A DNA stretch of 63,536 nucleotides, the filler included, from Saprolegnia diclina VS20 (lineage: Eukaryota), in NCBI RefSeq assembly GCF_000281045.1. It is 10 parts of 3 records of this genome, joined end to end, with 100 filler letters (N's around TTAATTAATTAA, not from the genome) between each part and the next. Parts side by side here need not be neighbours in the genome. Positions count along the whole stretch, not along the records: positions 26,894 to 38,202 come from NW_008246123.1; positions 38,303 to 40,358 come from NW_008246124.1; positions 40,459 to 56,187 come from NW_008246124.1; 7 more parts are not named here. One strand, 5' to 3'. Within the stretch, counting starts at the first letter, position 1, and each line of letters starts with the position of its first letter. The notes under the pieces were generated by a model, which was not told where the DNA came from, ran no database searches, and worked only from the letters and a program-made list of their open reading frames with translations. Of the stretch, positions 34,071-45,522 are shown one piece after another. The position numbers and the translations under genes are program-made.

Positions 34071-36137
34071 ATGGCCCGGTGGTCGTGGCGCGGTGTCCAC
34101 ATCCAGGTGCGCCGCGTACTGGCGTGCCTCTGCACCATCGGCATCGTGTACGTTGAGTACCTCGCGTCCGTCGGCAACCGGACGGTGCTGGTCGGCGGCC
34201 TCCTCCCCGCAACCGCCGGCAACGTGTATGCGAGTCCGCTTCTGCCCACGTTCCTTTCGACGCTCCTCGCGGGCGGCTACACCGCTGCGCTGGCGAGCCC
34301 ACCGAGCTTTGTGTACCTCGAAGCCAACGAGAGCCGCGTCGACCTTCTCGAGACCTGCCTTGAAGCACTGCCGGGCGACCGCATCTACACGAGCAGCTAC
34401 CTCACGCTCGTGCTCTCCTCGCTTCTGCCACTACAACTCAACGACAGCCATGTGCTCGTGGACTGCGCGTACACGGGCCGAGCGACGGAAGATACGACCG
34501 CGCTCAAAGCCTACGTACTCTCCCCGACGGCGCTCACTACGGTCTTTCTGCAAACGATGACCGTCAGTCGCCCCGACAAGTATCGTAAAGCCGGCTGCGG
34601 TGCGGCCACGGTCGTCACACTTCCTCTCGACACCATCAATATGGCGGAGAGGACGTCGAGCGTCGTGGCCGACCCCACGTCGCTGGCGATCAATGACATC
34701 TACAAAACGTACGTTGGCCTCGACTTCCCGTACGAAGTCTCGACGCCGTTTGTGCCGGTCCATCTCGCGACGGCGGCGACCGACTCGGGGGCGTGGACTG
34801 CGACGCTCGGGTATGAAATCGTGTCGCTTCAAGGCACGGAGGGCATCTTCCGCGGGTCCACCGCCAAGGAGGGCAACTTCGCCTACTACGTGTGGTCCCT
34901 CCCATCGGACCCGCTGGCCTTTGTGTTCGAGACCGTCTACACGGACGCGAGTCACTCGATAGACGCGAACGCGTGGCTGCGCATCCTCGTCGGCGCCGGC
35001 ATCGCCTTCAACGCGGTCGTGAGCCTGCTCGTGGCGCTCGTCTCGTGCGTGCACTTATACCAAGAGACGGGCATGCTCTGGGTCCCAGACCTCTACCCGT
35101 GCATTCAGTACCGGGTCCAGGTGCGCGCCGCGCTCTGCGCGTGCGTGCTCTACCTCACCGACTGGTGGCACGTCTTTGAGTGGAGCCTTGCTGAGGCGAA
35201 CGAACGCCTCGGCTTCACAGGCACCTTTGTGTACCCGGCGATGGCGCTTGCCGACGCCATGATGGTGGCGCTCGCGCTGCTGACGTGGCTTACGCATGCG
35301 TTGCGCGTCCGCGTCGGCTTGGAGCCCATCGTTGCCATCTTGTGCGCCTGCTTTTGCTACCGCACCGACCTCGCACTGCGCATCGGTCTCTGTCTCGAAG
35401 CGACCGACGCGTACGCTACCGCCAACTTTGAGAGCAACTCGTTCCCAGCCGGCAATGACGGCATGGACGTCTGGTCGATGCATGAGAACCCCGGCACCGA
35501 CTTTTGCGTAGTCGCCACCGCCTTTACGTGGTGGCTCGTGGCGCTAACCGCGGCGTCGCTCTACATTCTGGGCGCCAAGGCCGTCGATGTCTTCTGGCCC
35601 CCGCGCCCGACGTCGACCATGCGCCGCGTCAAATCCATCATCATCCAGCCCCGCAGCCAGCCCTCGATTCTGGCGCTGGCTGGCAGCAGCAACAACCGGG
35701 TCGCTGCCAGCAAGAGCGACGATATCCCCGCGGGCCTGACGGACATGCGACCGTGGAGTAAGCGCTCGCTGCTCTACGCCCCGTTCCACTCGTGGGACGC
35801 CAGCACCGGGAGTCAAGTCGAGCGCAGCACACGCCAGCGCGTCGAGGACGTTGTCGGATTTGTCGCCGCGTGCGACGAGAGCACTGAGGACGGCCGCGTC
35901 TCGATCTCGTCGTTATGGCTGCTCGGGCACGTCGTCGTCGACGGTATGTTCCTCATGGCCATCAACATGTACCCGCGCTGGCTCCTCAATGCGCTTCTGA
36001 ACCGCCGCCTCTTCCGCGTCTACGGCAACCGCCTCGACGAGACCGGCGCGAGCTCTCTCTACAAGGAACTCCTTCTCGTGCGCAGAGAGCGGGCGTGGAC
36101 CGACCTCGCGCCACTGCGCGTTCAACCAATGCAGTAA
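34071..36137 (+). CDS. Oomycete-type multi-pass membrane protein, 688 aa
   Basis: Long intronless ORF with GC3 bias, an N-terminal TM, an ectodomain and several TM helices (WVPDLY..IQ motif). No function recognised. Confidence 0.8.
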   Translation: MARWSWRGVHIQVRRVLACLCTIGIVYVEYLASVGNRTVLVGGLLPATAGNVYASPLLPTFLSTLLAGGYTAALASPPSFVYLEANESRVDLLETCLEALPGDRIYTSSYLTLVLSSLLPLQLNDSHVLVDCAYTGRATEDTTALKAYVLSPTALTTVFLQTMTVSRPDKYRKAGCGAATVVTLPLDTINMAERTSSVVADPTSLAINDIYKTYVGLDFPYEVSTPFVPVHLATAATDSGAWTATLGYEIVSLQGTEGIFRGSTAKEGNFAYYVWSLPSDPLAFVFETVYTDASHSIDANAWLRILVGAGIAFNAVVSLLVALVSCVHLYQETGMLWVPDLYPCIQYRVQVRAALCACVLYLTDWWHVFEWSLAEANERLGFTGTFVYPAMALADAMMVALALLTWLTHALRVRVGLEPIVAILCACFCYRTDLALRIGLCLEATDAYATANFESNSFPAGNDGMDVWSMHENPGTDFCVVATAFTWWLVALTAASLYILGAKAVDVFWPPRPTSTMRRVKSIIIQPRSQPSILALAGSSNNRVAASKSDDIPAGLTDMRPWSKRSLLYAPFHSWDASTGSQVERSTRQRVEDVVGFVAACDESTEDGRVSISSLWLLGHVVVDGMFLMAINMYPRWLLNALLNRRLFRVYGNRLDETGASSLYKELLLVRRERAWTDLAPLRVQPMQ

Positions 36138-36280
36138 GCATACGTGGTGACTTCGTATCCCCTACCCCCTTCTCGTCAGTTTGAGGTTGAGTTTCGCTAC
36201 AAGACGCGAAGAAATATCAGACGACGCTTCCTTCACGTCCGGCGTTTATAGAAATGACTACGATGTAGGCAACTAAGGAC

Positions 36281-37605
36281 TTAGCGGAGGAGCGCGGCGA
36301 TGGCGATCGCGGCCGACGCGCCAAGAGCGATCGACGACGCGCTGCTGCCAGCAGTGCCCGGCGTGGCGCCACCGGCGCCACCCGCACCGGACGGGTTGCG
36401 CGGGACCGTCGTCTTGCCTTCCGCGTTGGTCGGAAGCGGGGGCTCGACGGCCTTGGTGAGGGCCGGCGGCACAACNNNNNNNNNNNNNNNNNNNNNNNNN
36501 NNNNNNNNNNNNNNNNNNNNNNNNNNNNNNNNNNNNNNNNNNNNNNNNNNNNNNNNNNNNNNNNNNNNNNNNNNNNNNNNNNNNNNNNNNNNNNNNNNNN
36601 NNNNNNNNNNNNNNNNNNNNNNNNNNNNNNNNNNNNNNNNNNNNNNNNNNNNNNNNNNNNNNNNNNNNNNNNNNNNNNNNNNNNNNNNNNNNNNNNNNNN
36701 NNNNNNNNNNNNNNNNNNNNNNNNNNNNNNNNNNNNNNNNNNNNNNNNNNNNNNNNNNNNNNNNNNNNNNNNNNNNNNNNNNNNNNNNNNNNNNNNNNNN
36801 NNNNNNNNNNNNNNNNNNNNNNNNNNNNNNNNNNNNNNNNNNNNNNNNNNNNNNNNNNNNNNNNNNNNNNNNNNNNNNNNNNNNNNNNNNNNNNNNNNNN
36901 NNNNNNNNNNNNNNNNNNNNNNNNNNNNNNNNNNNNNNNNNNNNNNNNNNNNNNNNNNNNNNNNNNNNNNNNNNNNNGCGCAGGCCCAAGCTCGTGTGAG
37001 TCACGCGGTCGGACCATTGAACCGTCGACGATAGGCATCCGGATCACAACCAACGCAGTGATTTCTGCGGTTAGAAAGATGAGCTTGACGCCAACCTCCG
37101 TAGCCAGCTCTGTAGCCCATCATTGAGCGAATACACGGAGCTCCTTTGCCACACGATCCTCTTCTTGTCCTCTTCTTGTGCGATGCCGGCGCCGCTCGGG
37201 CACGACGCCCGAGTTGTCGGCGTACTCGGCGATCGCGAACGTCGGCTGCACGATCGTGACGTTGAGGAACCAGACGTAGCTCATGTTGGTCTTGCGCATG
37301 CAGTTGACCGAGTCGGCCTTGTTGATGCCCTCGGTCTGCACGTAGAAGAGCGCGCCTTCGACGGACGCCGTGTTGACCGTGTCCATGGCGGCGCGATATC
37401 TCTCCTCGAACGTGTTGGTGTTCTGCTTGAGGACGAGGCCAAACTTCTTGGCGGTCTCGTCCCACGTCGCCGCGTCCGAGACGACGCGCGCCTGCACCGA
37501 GTTGATTGTGGTCATGGTCCACTTGTTGGCGGCGGCAGTCGGCGCGGTCGTGGCCTGGCCGGCGACGACACCGGCGGCAAGAGCAGCAGCGAGAATACGA
37601 ACCAT
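36281..37605 (-). CDS. Secreted, possibly GPI-anchored oomycete protein (cyst-germination acidic-repeat-protein-like N domain), interrupted by gap
   Basis: Signal peptide MVRILAAALAAGVVAG; family motif SVQARV...AMDTVNTASVEGALFYVQTEGIN. After the gap come a Gly/Ser/Ala linker and a hydrophobic C-terminal tail. Joining the two parts is inferred. Confidence 0.6.
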
Positions 37606-38342
37606 GCTTGTCGAGCTCGGCAGGGTAAGTGGAAATGAGGAGTGAGAGCGAACTGGTGTCTTTTGGCTGGCGAGAGAGACACGCATGTGTCACTCTGTTC
37701 GATACGGTGGCTCTGCCAGCACGTGGCGGCAGCAGAATTTTGGCCACAGCCGTCGACCCGCTCGTCGTAGGCTCGGGTGCTGCCTCTCGGGTGCGACGCT
37801 TGGGAGGCGCGGGGTACACCCGAGGAGAGGCTGTGGCCGCCGCGTCGGCGCTGGACGTAGAGATGCCCACGGCGTCGCGGTGCGAGGCAGAGGCCGGTCG
37901 GCGCAGAGAAGAGGCCACCAGCTGTTTGCCTTTCGGACTCGAATGTCCCGAAGCCCTTGCCCTACTGCAGCGTTACACGCGCGGAGGATCAGTGCGCCTC
38001 GAAGACGTCAAGTGGTCTCGACCGTCGAGCGCAACGTCACTGGTGGTAGCATGGAATGGAGCCCCGATGTCCTCTTCCCCGTATGCACTTGGCCACTGTA
38101 TGTGCAGCAAGCAGTCGTTAGAACACTTGTAGTGAAAGCCGTGCGACGGACGGCAGGGTGCACTCACGGCGCGGACTGGACGGCGTCGCACACGGTGGGA
38201 ATNNNNNNNNNNNNNNNNNNNNNNNNNNNNNNNNNNNNNNNNNNNNTTAATTAATTAANNNNNNNNNNNNNNNNNNNNNNNNNNNNNNNNNNNNNNNNNN
38301 NNTGGACAACGGATTTGCACTTCGTGCAAACCCGCAGCCGAT

Positions 38343-38426
38343 TTAACCCTTTCTACACATCACGTCCGCTCATTTTTCTGCCGTTTCCAGCCTCGCTCAT
38401 TTTTCTACCGGGCTCCGCTCATTTTT
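38343..38426 (+). mobile_element. Possible piggyBac-like terminus with subterminal repeats
   Basis: TTAA followed by CCCTTT, then three copies of CGCTCATTTTT. No partner end or transposase is seen. Confidence 0.35.
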
Positions 38427-38867
38427 AATCTTTTTTCAATCCATCCGGTAGCAACAAATGCCTGGACCCGACAGGGTGATTGAGCGACTGAAGGTTGTGG
38501 CGGAGGGCTATGAGGTGACAGGACATTATGGGCTAAGGCGATGTCGCATCTCCTTGACGGCCGCCGGCAAACGCGGCAGGCCTTGAAACGTCGAGGGGCT
38601 TATGCGTGAATACCACCGACACACTGAGCCCGATGCTGCTTGACCGGCGCGAACGATAATCGACACCACGCCCGTGTTCATCGCATTGCGTGAGCCAAAT
38701 TTAAATTACACTTGCGCTAAGAATGCTCCCAGCACTCGTACACCGTGGACGTAGGCATGGCGCAATGCCGACGCTCGCCATCACGGTGGACACTGAATGC
38801 GTTTCCATGCTATAAACAGGAGCCAAAAGCGTGCTTTTTTCAAAACTCCCAACAAAAATTCTCTACG

Positions 38868-40358
38868 ATGAGCTTGAGAAAGCTCATGGTCCCGAGGTGG
38901 ACCAAGCGCTGGCTCGGCCTCTCTTACCTCGGTGCTTCGATGGGTGCGAGTATCTGGTTCCTCGATATTGTCGGTCCGGGTCTCGCCAACGACCTCTTCT
39001 GGCCCGGCTTTGACCCCACGTCGGCGCAGACATACCTCATCGACGTCTTCAACCGCCACCTCAGCGCCTCCAGCGCCTCGGAGATTGACCTCTTTGACCC
39101 CAGCGAGGCCATTCTCAAGACGTACGGCCTTCCGTCGACAACTGCGTTCGCGAAACCCACGTACCCTCGGATGCGAACCCTGGTCGAGTACACGTCGGTG
39201 GCCGATGCGATAATTGGTTTTCAGTCGCTCGATCCCGGCTACGTCTTCAACTTGATGACGCTGTACTGCTGGGCCGACTTTGAAAAGCGATGGGAGGTCG
39301 CTCATACGGCGGCGCGTCAAGCGCGATGTGCCGATACGATGGCGGACAACGGTGCCGTGTACCTTGAGCCGTTCCTTCGCAACATCGACTGGGACGCATG
39401 GTATCCGATCTACGGTGCTAGCTTTGCCCAAGCGGTCTCCGACGCGATTGTGATCACGTCCGAAGGCCGGGACTGGTACAAGAGTCTCCAGAACGCGTAC
39501 CAGTCCCTCGAAACCGAGGAAGCGTACTGGAAATCGCACCAGATTTCGCACTTTCAGCTACAGTGGAGCAACGATGCTCAGTTCAGCGTGCAAGAATCGA
39601 TCTCAGTTGTCAACATGCTCGGGTGGCGACACGACTTGACGCTTCAGTCGATCTCATTCGGCAAACGAGGCTCCAAGTGGACGACGTTTGCGCTCAACTG
39701 GGCCTTCTACAACAACCTCTGGGGTGCGGCGGTGACCAACGGAAGCCTCGTGCGCAGCGCCAGCAACTTTATGGGCGACGCAACAATGGAATCTATCCTC
39801 TTCCTCTATCCGTTCACGCAGTGCAGTATTATCATCCACGACCGCCTCGGTCCGTTCCAGTCCATCGACACGTTTCTCATTCCACCGCCACCGCAGCTCG
39901 TCGCCTCATGTGCCCAGCTCCAAGCCGCCGTCATCTTGGCACTGCAAGCAAACTTGACCCTTTTGCATCTCTACGCGGCCTTGCTTACACCACTGCTCGA
40001 TCCTGTGCCTCTCTCGTGGCAGAGATCCAGCTACACCTTCTTTGGCGGCAGCCCGTTCTGCCCGTTTGGCTCTGGCGCAAACTTTGTGCAGCCATCCTTT
40101 ACCTTTGACGATACGTGCGGCAGTCAAGTACCGAGTCGGATGCTTGTGGAACCTTCGGCGGCAGTCTTTGCAGTAACAACCATGAAGCTGCTGCACCTAT
40201 CAGATCTTAGCAGTTGCGCACCTTGCAGCGCTGCGACCTCTGGTGTGTGCAACTCACTCGCGACCCAAACCTCGGCCATTGCCAATAAGCTGCTGACGAA
40301 CGCTACACTCTCTGGCCTACTGACGCCAACAGTCCAAGCTGCTGCTGATGCCATCCAG
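38868..40358 (+). CDS. Large Saprolegniales-family membrane protein, 5' part (runs into gap)
   Basis: LGLSYL...ANDLFWPGF..T..QTYLID and YCWADFEKRWEVAHTAARQARC...NGAVYLE. Confidence 0.85.
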
Positions 40359-40458
40359 NNNNNNNNNNNNNNNNNNNNNNNNNNNNNNNNNNNNNNNNNN
40401 NNTTAATTAATTAANNNNNNNNNNNNNNNNNNNNNNNNNNNNNNNNNNNNNNNNNNNN

Positions 40459-40530
40459 GACCTTCAAGCTGCCACAGCGTCGCACCCGTCGGCGCCGCAC
40501 CTCGCCCGCGCCCTCCCGCTCATCATGTAG
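40459..40530 (+). CDS. 3' end of a large membrane-protein family copy
   Basis: DLQAATASHPSAPHLARALPLIM*, nearly identical to the 3' end at about 45137-45208. Confidence 0.75.
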   Translation, partial: DLQAATASHPSAPHLARALPLIM

Positions 40531-40731
40531 ATGGCCGTTAGTGTCTCATATGTCCCTCTCCACATCGATCTAAAAGCGAGCACGTATCGTGCTCTTGTCG
40601 TTTAAACTGGACGATCTATCATGTCGACGCGTTTGTACTCTGCTTGCAAGCGGGAAAGACATCGCACGATAGAGAGACTCGGACGAAAAGTCACAGTCGC
40701 CGTGGAAGGAATGGCAACTAGCAATTCGATT

Positions 40732-40944
40732 CTAGTTGTAGACTGCGTCGACGACTTGATCTAGCACGCTGAGGTAGTACTTGGCGTAGTACGGTCGGTA
40801 GTGGTCGTTGTCCTTGAGAATCGGCTCGCCGCGGGCCGTCGACACAACCTCGCACACGTCGTTGTAGCACTGATTGCGTGCATAGTCGACGATCGTCGCG
40901 TTTGCGCCACGAATCGCGCCTTCGAGGAGCGACACCAGTCGGGA
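40732..40944 (-). CDS. 3' end of a second acyltransferase-3/SGNH copy
   Basis: Near-identical reverse complement of 50344-50556 (ILKDNDHYRPYY...VYN*). Confidence 0.85.
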   Translation of the reverse strand, partial: SRLVSLLEGAIRGANATIVDYARNQCYNDVCEVVSTARGEPILKDNDHYRPYYAKYYLSVLDQVVDAVYN

Positions 40945-41044
40945 NNNNNNNNNNNNNNNNNNNNNNNNNNNNNNNNNNNNNNNNNNNNNNNNNNNNNNNN
41001 NNNNNNNNNNNNNNNNNNNNNNNNNNNNNNNNNNNNNNNNNNNN

Positions 41045-42497
41045 CGTTTGCGAGTGATCTCTGGGCGATCGCAACCAATGGTTCTGGGATCGCAGGGAGG
41101 TCGCTCTTACGGCCAAGTGCCCACTTTGCCTTTGCCAATGCCTCTCTGCAGTCTCTTATGGTCTTGAATTCGACACTGCAGACCCCACTTGGTCAAGTGC
41201 TCGACACGTTTCATTCTCGAGTCGGTCCGTTCGGGGCGGTCGACGTGTACCATGTACCATTCGTCCCGTCGCTTGCAGCGCTGCAGCGCGATATTCGCGA
41301 AGCCTTGCTGCAAATTCTTGTCAACACAACTTCCTTGGCGGCTTTGGACTATGGATCCCTCGACTTGATGAGCTCAATGAGTCCCGTCCCAAAACGTCTG
41401 GATCGAAACACATACCTCTGCGCGGGTGGCAACCCGGTGTGCGGCGAAGTGCCTTCCGCCTTTAACTTTTCCATTGGCCTCTCGCAGTTTGCCGGCGCCG
41501 ATACCGCATGCTACTCGAGCTTCAACGAGTGGGTGTGGCCTTCACCGATGCAAGCCATCTTTAGCGTCATTGGCTCTGGGATCGCACTCGACCCGACGAC
41601 ATTGATTCCGGTAGCTTGTGCCGCCGAAGCCGTCGTGCCTTCCCAGTGCCTGGCATTTCTCGATAGTGTGTCGACCTTTGTCTCGAAATACTTTACGGCA
41701 AAGTTCCTCGAATCGTACCGAGCTCAAGCGCGAGTCGTTGAGGCCGACGTCATCCAAACNNNNNNNNNNNNNNNNNNNNNNNNNNNNNNNNNNNNNNNNN
41801 NNNNNNNNNNNNNNNNNNNNNNNNNNNNNNNNNNNNNNNNNNNNNNNNNNNNNNNNNNNNNNNNNNNNNNNNNNNNNNNNNNNNNNNNNNNNNNNNNNNN
41901 NNNNNGCTTTTCTCGAGAGTGTGTCGACCTTTGTCTCGAAATACTTTACGGCAAAGTCCCTCGAATCGTACCGAGCTCAAGCGCGAGTCGTTGAGGCCGA
42001 CGTCATTCAAACCTCGGTTGGCATGTCGCAATACGCTCGACACGTGCCGACCAACCGCGTTGAGCTCTTCCACCAAGTGCTTTTTGATCCGTCCGATGCG
42101 ACCATGATGTACACGAGCTACGCCCTCGCGTACGACTGGTCTGTCGGTGTGCGAGAAGCTATCGTGGCGGATGGTGATGTTGGCTCGGTGGCTGTCGTCT
42201 CTGCCATATCGTCGCTGTCTCGCATTGCTGCTAGCGGTATCGAAATGCCGCTCAACGTCGCCACGTACCTTCGAGGACTCTGCCAATACGTCTCGTTTGT
42301 TCTAGCTGCAATTGCGCTGATCGCGGGACTCTACACGCTGGCAAATGGCTGCACGAGCGAGGGCTACAACCTCTTTGAAGTCAACCGCGTTGGTGGCTTG
42401 ACCTGGATCGGTCGTCCGCTGCTCTTTGTCCGGAGTGTCACAGCACTCTGCATTCTCAGCACCGCCACGCTTCAGCTCCAAAAGACTGGGATCATGA
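41045..42497 (+). CDS. Large membrane-protein family, middle fragments (gapped)
   Basis: GPFGAVDVYHV, LCAGGNPVC and NLFEVNRVGGLTWIGRPLLFVRS; collinear with 54460-56187. Confidence 0.85.
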
Positions 42498-43347
42498 NNN
42501 NNNNNNNNNNNNNNNNNNNNNNNNNNNNNNNNNNNNNNNNNNNNNNNNNNNNNNNNNNNNNNNNNNNNNNNNNNNNNNNNNNNNNNNNNNNNNNNNNNNN
42601 NNNNNNNNNNNNNNNNNNNNNNNNNNNNNNNNNNNNNNNNNNNNNNNNNNNNNNNNNNNNNNNNNNNNNNNNNNNNNNNNNNNNNNNNNNNNNNNNNNNN
42701 NNNNNNNNNNNNNNNNNNNNNNNNNNNNNNNNNNNNNNNNNNNNNNNNNNNNNNNNNNNNNNNNNNNNNNNNNNNNNNNNNNNNNNNNNNNNNNNNNNNN
42801 NNNNNNNNNNNNNNNNNNNNNNNNNNNNNNNNNNNNNNNNNNNNNNNNNNNNNNNNNNNNNNNNNNNNNNNNNNNNNNNNNNNNNNNNNNNNNNNNNNNN
42901 NNNNNNNNNNNNNNNNNNNNNNNNNNNNNNNNNNNNNNNNNNNNNNNNNNNNNNNNNNNNNNNNNNNNNNNNNNNNNNNNNNNNNNNNNNNNNNNNNNNN
43001 NNNNNNNNNNNNNNNNNNNNNNNNNNNNNNNNNNNNNNNNNNNNNNNNNNNNNNNNNNNNNNNNNNNNNNNNNNNNNNNNNNNNNNNNNNNNNNNNNNNN
43101 NNNNNNNNNNNNNNNNNNNNNNNNNNNNNNNNNNNNNNNNNNNNNNNNNNNNNNNNNNNNNNNNNNNNNNNNNNNNNNNNNNNNNNNNNNNNNNNNNNNN
43201 NNNNNNNNNNNNNNNNNNNNNNNNNNNNNNNNNNNNNNNNNNNNNNNNNNNNNNNNNNNNNNNNNNNNNNNNNNNNNNNNNNNNNNNNNNNNNNNNNNNN
43301 NNNNNNNNNNNNNNNNNNNNNNNNNNNNNNNNNNNNNNNNNNNNNNN

Positions 43348-44200
43348 CCCGCGGCGCAGCAACGTGGCACGTCGTGCGGCGCCTCGCCAGTCGGACGAAA
43401 GAACTGCGGCCAGTCGCTCGAGTAGAGCAGTGCCTTGGGCCGGAGACGGGTCACGATCGCCACATGACCAGCGTGGTCGCCGACGCAGTCCAGCGGCGGG
43501 TGGCCACCCAGCGCCAAAAACACCACCGTCGGAAACGGCTTTCCCACGCGCCGCGCTTGGTCGTAAAGAAACTTGAAGCGCGGACGAAGCATCTCGGCGT
43601 GCGAGTCCCCGAGAACCATGACGAGGTTGTCGTCATCGCCTGGGTTGAGCACCCAGCCATAGTCATACTGGCCAAACGGCGATCCTGGCGGTAGCGGGAT
43701 ATAGCCGTCATTGGGGGCCCAGTCGCTGTCAGCGGCGAGGAGCTTGGCGACCGTCGGGGGCTCACGCCGTGGCATGCGACTAATGTTGGGCTGCCCATCG
43801 TCGTCCAATGTGACGAAGGACGCCGTGTGGCAACCGGTGCTGTTGCAGCGAGGCGGGCTGGGCCCGAAAAGAAGGCTGGGTGCAAGGACACGACAAGCCC
43901 GAGGACAGCCATGAGAGCCATACCGAGTGCGAGCAGCGGTACAATGCGAGGCGACGGGTGTCGGCGCACGACGTTCTCGATACCGAACGTGGTCGCGACG
44001 CTCAGACCAAACGCAAGCAACACTAGAACATACGGCTGCATGTAGAACGGACGGTACGCATCGTCCGAGTAGCGGGCTTTGGCAAAGACGAGGAGCGGCC
44101 AGTGCCAGAGGTACAAGGCGTAGCTGATCTTGCCGACAAAGATAATCGGCGCTTGATGGAGGATTTGCGCATTGATGAGCGCCGACGGGCCGGCGACGAT
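43348..44200 (-). pseudogene. Truncated, frameshifted copy of the acyltransferase-3/SGNH gene
   Basis: Near-identical reverse complement of 49273-50126. It has a 1-bp deletion near 43825 (GCCACACGGCG vs GCCACAGCGACG), and its 5' end is cut at about 44200 without an N gap. Confidence 0.75.
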
Positions 44201-45208
44201 GTTGGTGCTCGGGAGGTCATTCGATTGGATGGAGACGTGAGCTCGCTCGCTATCCTCTCAACGATGGCGTTTCGAGCTACCTTTGCCGCTAGCGGTATCG
44301 AAATGCCGCTCAACGTCGCCACGTACCTCCGAGGACTCTGTCAATACGTCTCGTTCGTTCTAGCTGCAATTGCGTTGATCGCGGGACTCTACACGCTGGC
44401 AAATGGCTGCACGAGCGAGGGCTACAACCTCTTTGAAGTCAACCGCGTTGGTGGCTTGATCTGGATCGGTCGTCCGCTGCTCTTTGTCCGGAGTGTCACA
44501 GCACTCTGCATTCTCAGCACCGCCACGCTTCAGCTCCAAAAGACTGGGATCATGACGCAACTGACGGCGTCCAGAGACGACGTGGAGCCAGTCATTGCGT
44601 ACATCACCAAGATCCTCGCAGCGAGCGAGCTCGGCTGGCTTGTCTACATCTTTGACGACCTGTGCATGGCGTGGACACGCCAGTACAGTGCGAGCTACAC
44701 GACCAAGACAGCGATGACGGCGTGGCTGATTGCGATCGTCCTGAGTTTTACGAACCCTGTCTCCCACAGCGCAACGATCCAGCGGTCGTGTTCTCTGGGT
44801 GAAATGGATTTTGAAATGGTGTGCCACAGCGGTGTCGTTGCCATTGGATCCGTCTCTCGCCTGCTCTTGCTCGTCGGTATCGCGCTCGGTGGCTCGATGC
44901 TCGTCTACATTCTGGATCGCGCCAGTCACAAACTGCCGCCGCTGGACGAGCGCGACTCGTTCTTGGTCTCGTGCAGTGCCAAGTACCTCTTTGAGAGAAA
45001 AGGTTGGGTCCACGACCGCGTCTACTACATCGACTTTGCGTCCGCAGCTTTGACCGGCCTCCTTGTCTGCTCGTACAAAGGCGACCTCCATGTCTTTGAC
45101 ATCAAAACGTGGCGCACGCTCGTGCTGCATCGCAGCGACCTTCAAGCTGCCACAGCGTCGCACCCGTCGGCACCGCACCTCGCCCGCGCCCTCCCGCTCA
45201 TCAAGTAG
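44201..45208 (+). CDS. Large membrane-protein family, C-terminal multi-TM part (5'-truncated)
   Basis: VGAREVIRLDGD...GRPLLFVRS...ELGWLVYI...IDFASAALTG...FDIKTWR...LPLIK*. Confidence 0.8.
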   Translation, partial: VGAREVIRLDGDVSSLAILSTMAFRATFAASGIEMPLNVATYLRGLCQYVSFVLAAIALIAGLYTLANGCTSEGYNLFEVNRVGGLIWIGRPLLFVRSVTALCILSTATLQLQKTGIMTQLTASRDDVEPVIAYITKILAASELGWLVYIFDDLCMAWTRQYSASYTTKTAMTAWLIAIVLSFTNPVSHSATIQRSCSLGEMDFEMVCHSGVVAIGSVSRLLLLVGIALGGSMLVYILDRASHKLPPLDERDSFLVSCSAKYLFERKGWVHDRVYYIDFASAALTGLLVCSYKGDLHVFDIKTWRTLVLHRSDLQAATASHPSAPHLARALPLIK

Positions 45209-45522
45209 AGTATATTTGACGGCTCACGTGCCAGCCACCGTTGCTGATTGTGCTTGACGTTGCTTGCATTTTTGTATATCTTGCCCTACAGCTTGTATAG
45301 TCCTAGTCGATTTCTCTTGAACTTCCTGTCTCGTCTGGGGCCGTACTAGTTTGTGTCAGGACGCGGAGAACACGGTCGTGCCTTGCGTCTCTACGGTCGA
45401 GCCATTTTGCGAGGCTTTCTGACGCTCCCATTCATTTCCTCACCGACAAGTCTTACTTCAGGCGTTTCTGACGTACTTGATACATTGAAAGTTCTACTGA
45501 CACGCAAGTTACATTCTATATT

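Noticed and set aside
41655..42010. About 100-bp near-duplicate flanking a gap
   Set aside because: Most likely overlapping contig ends from two alleles with a few SNPs.
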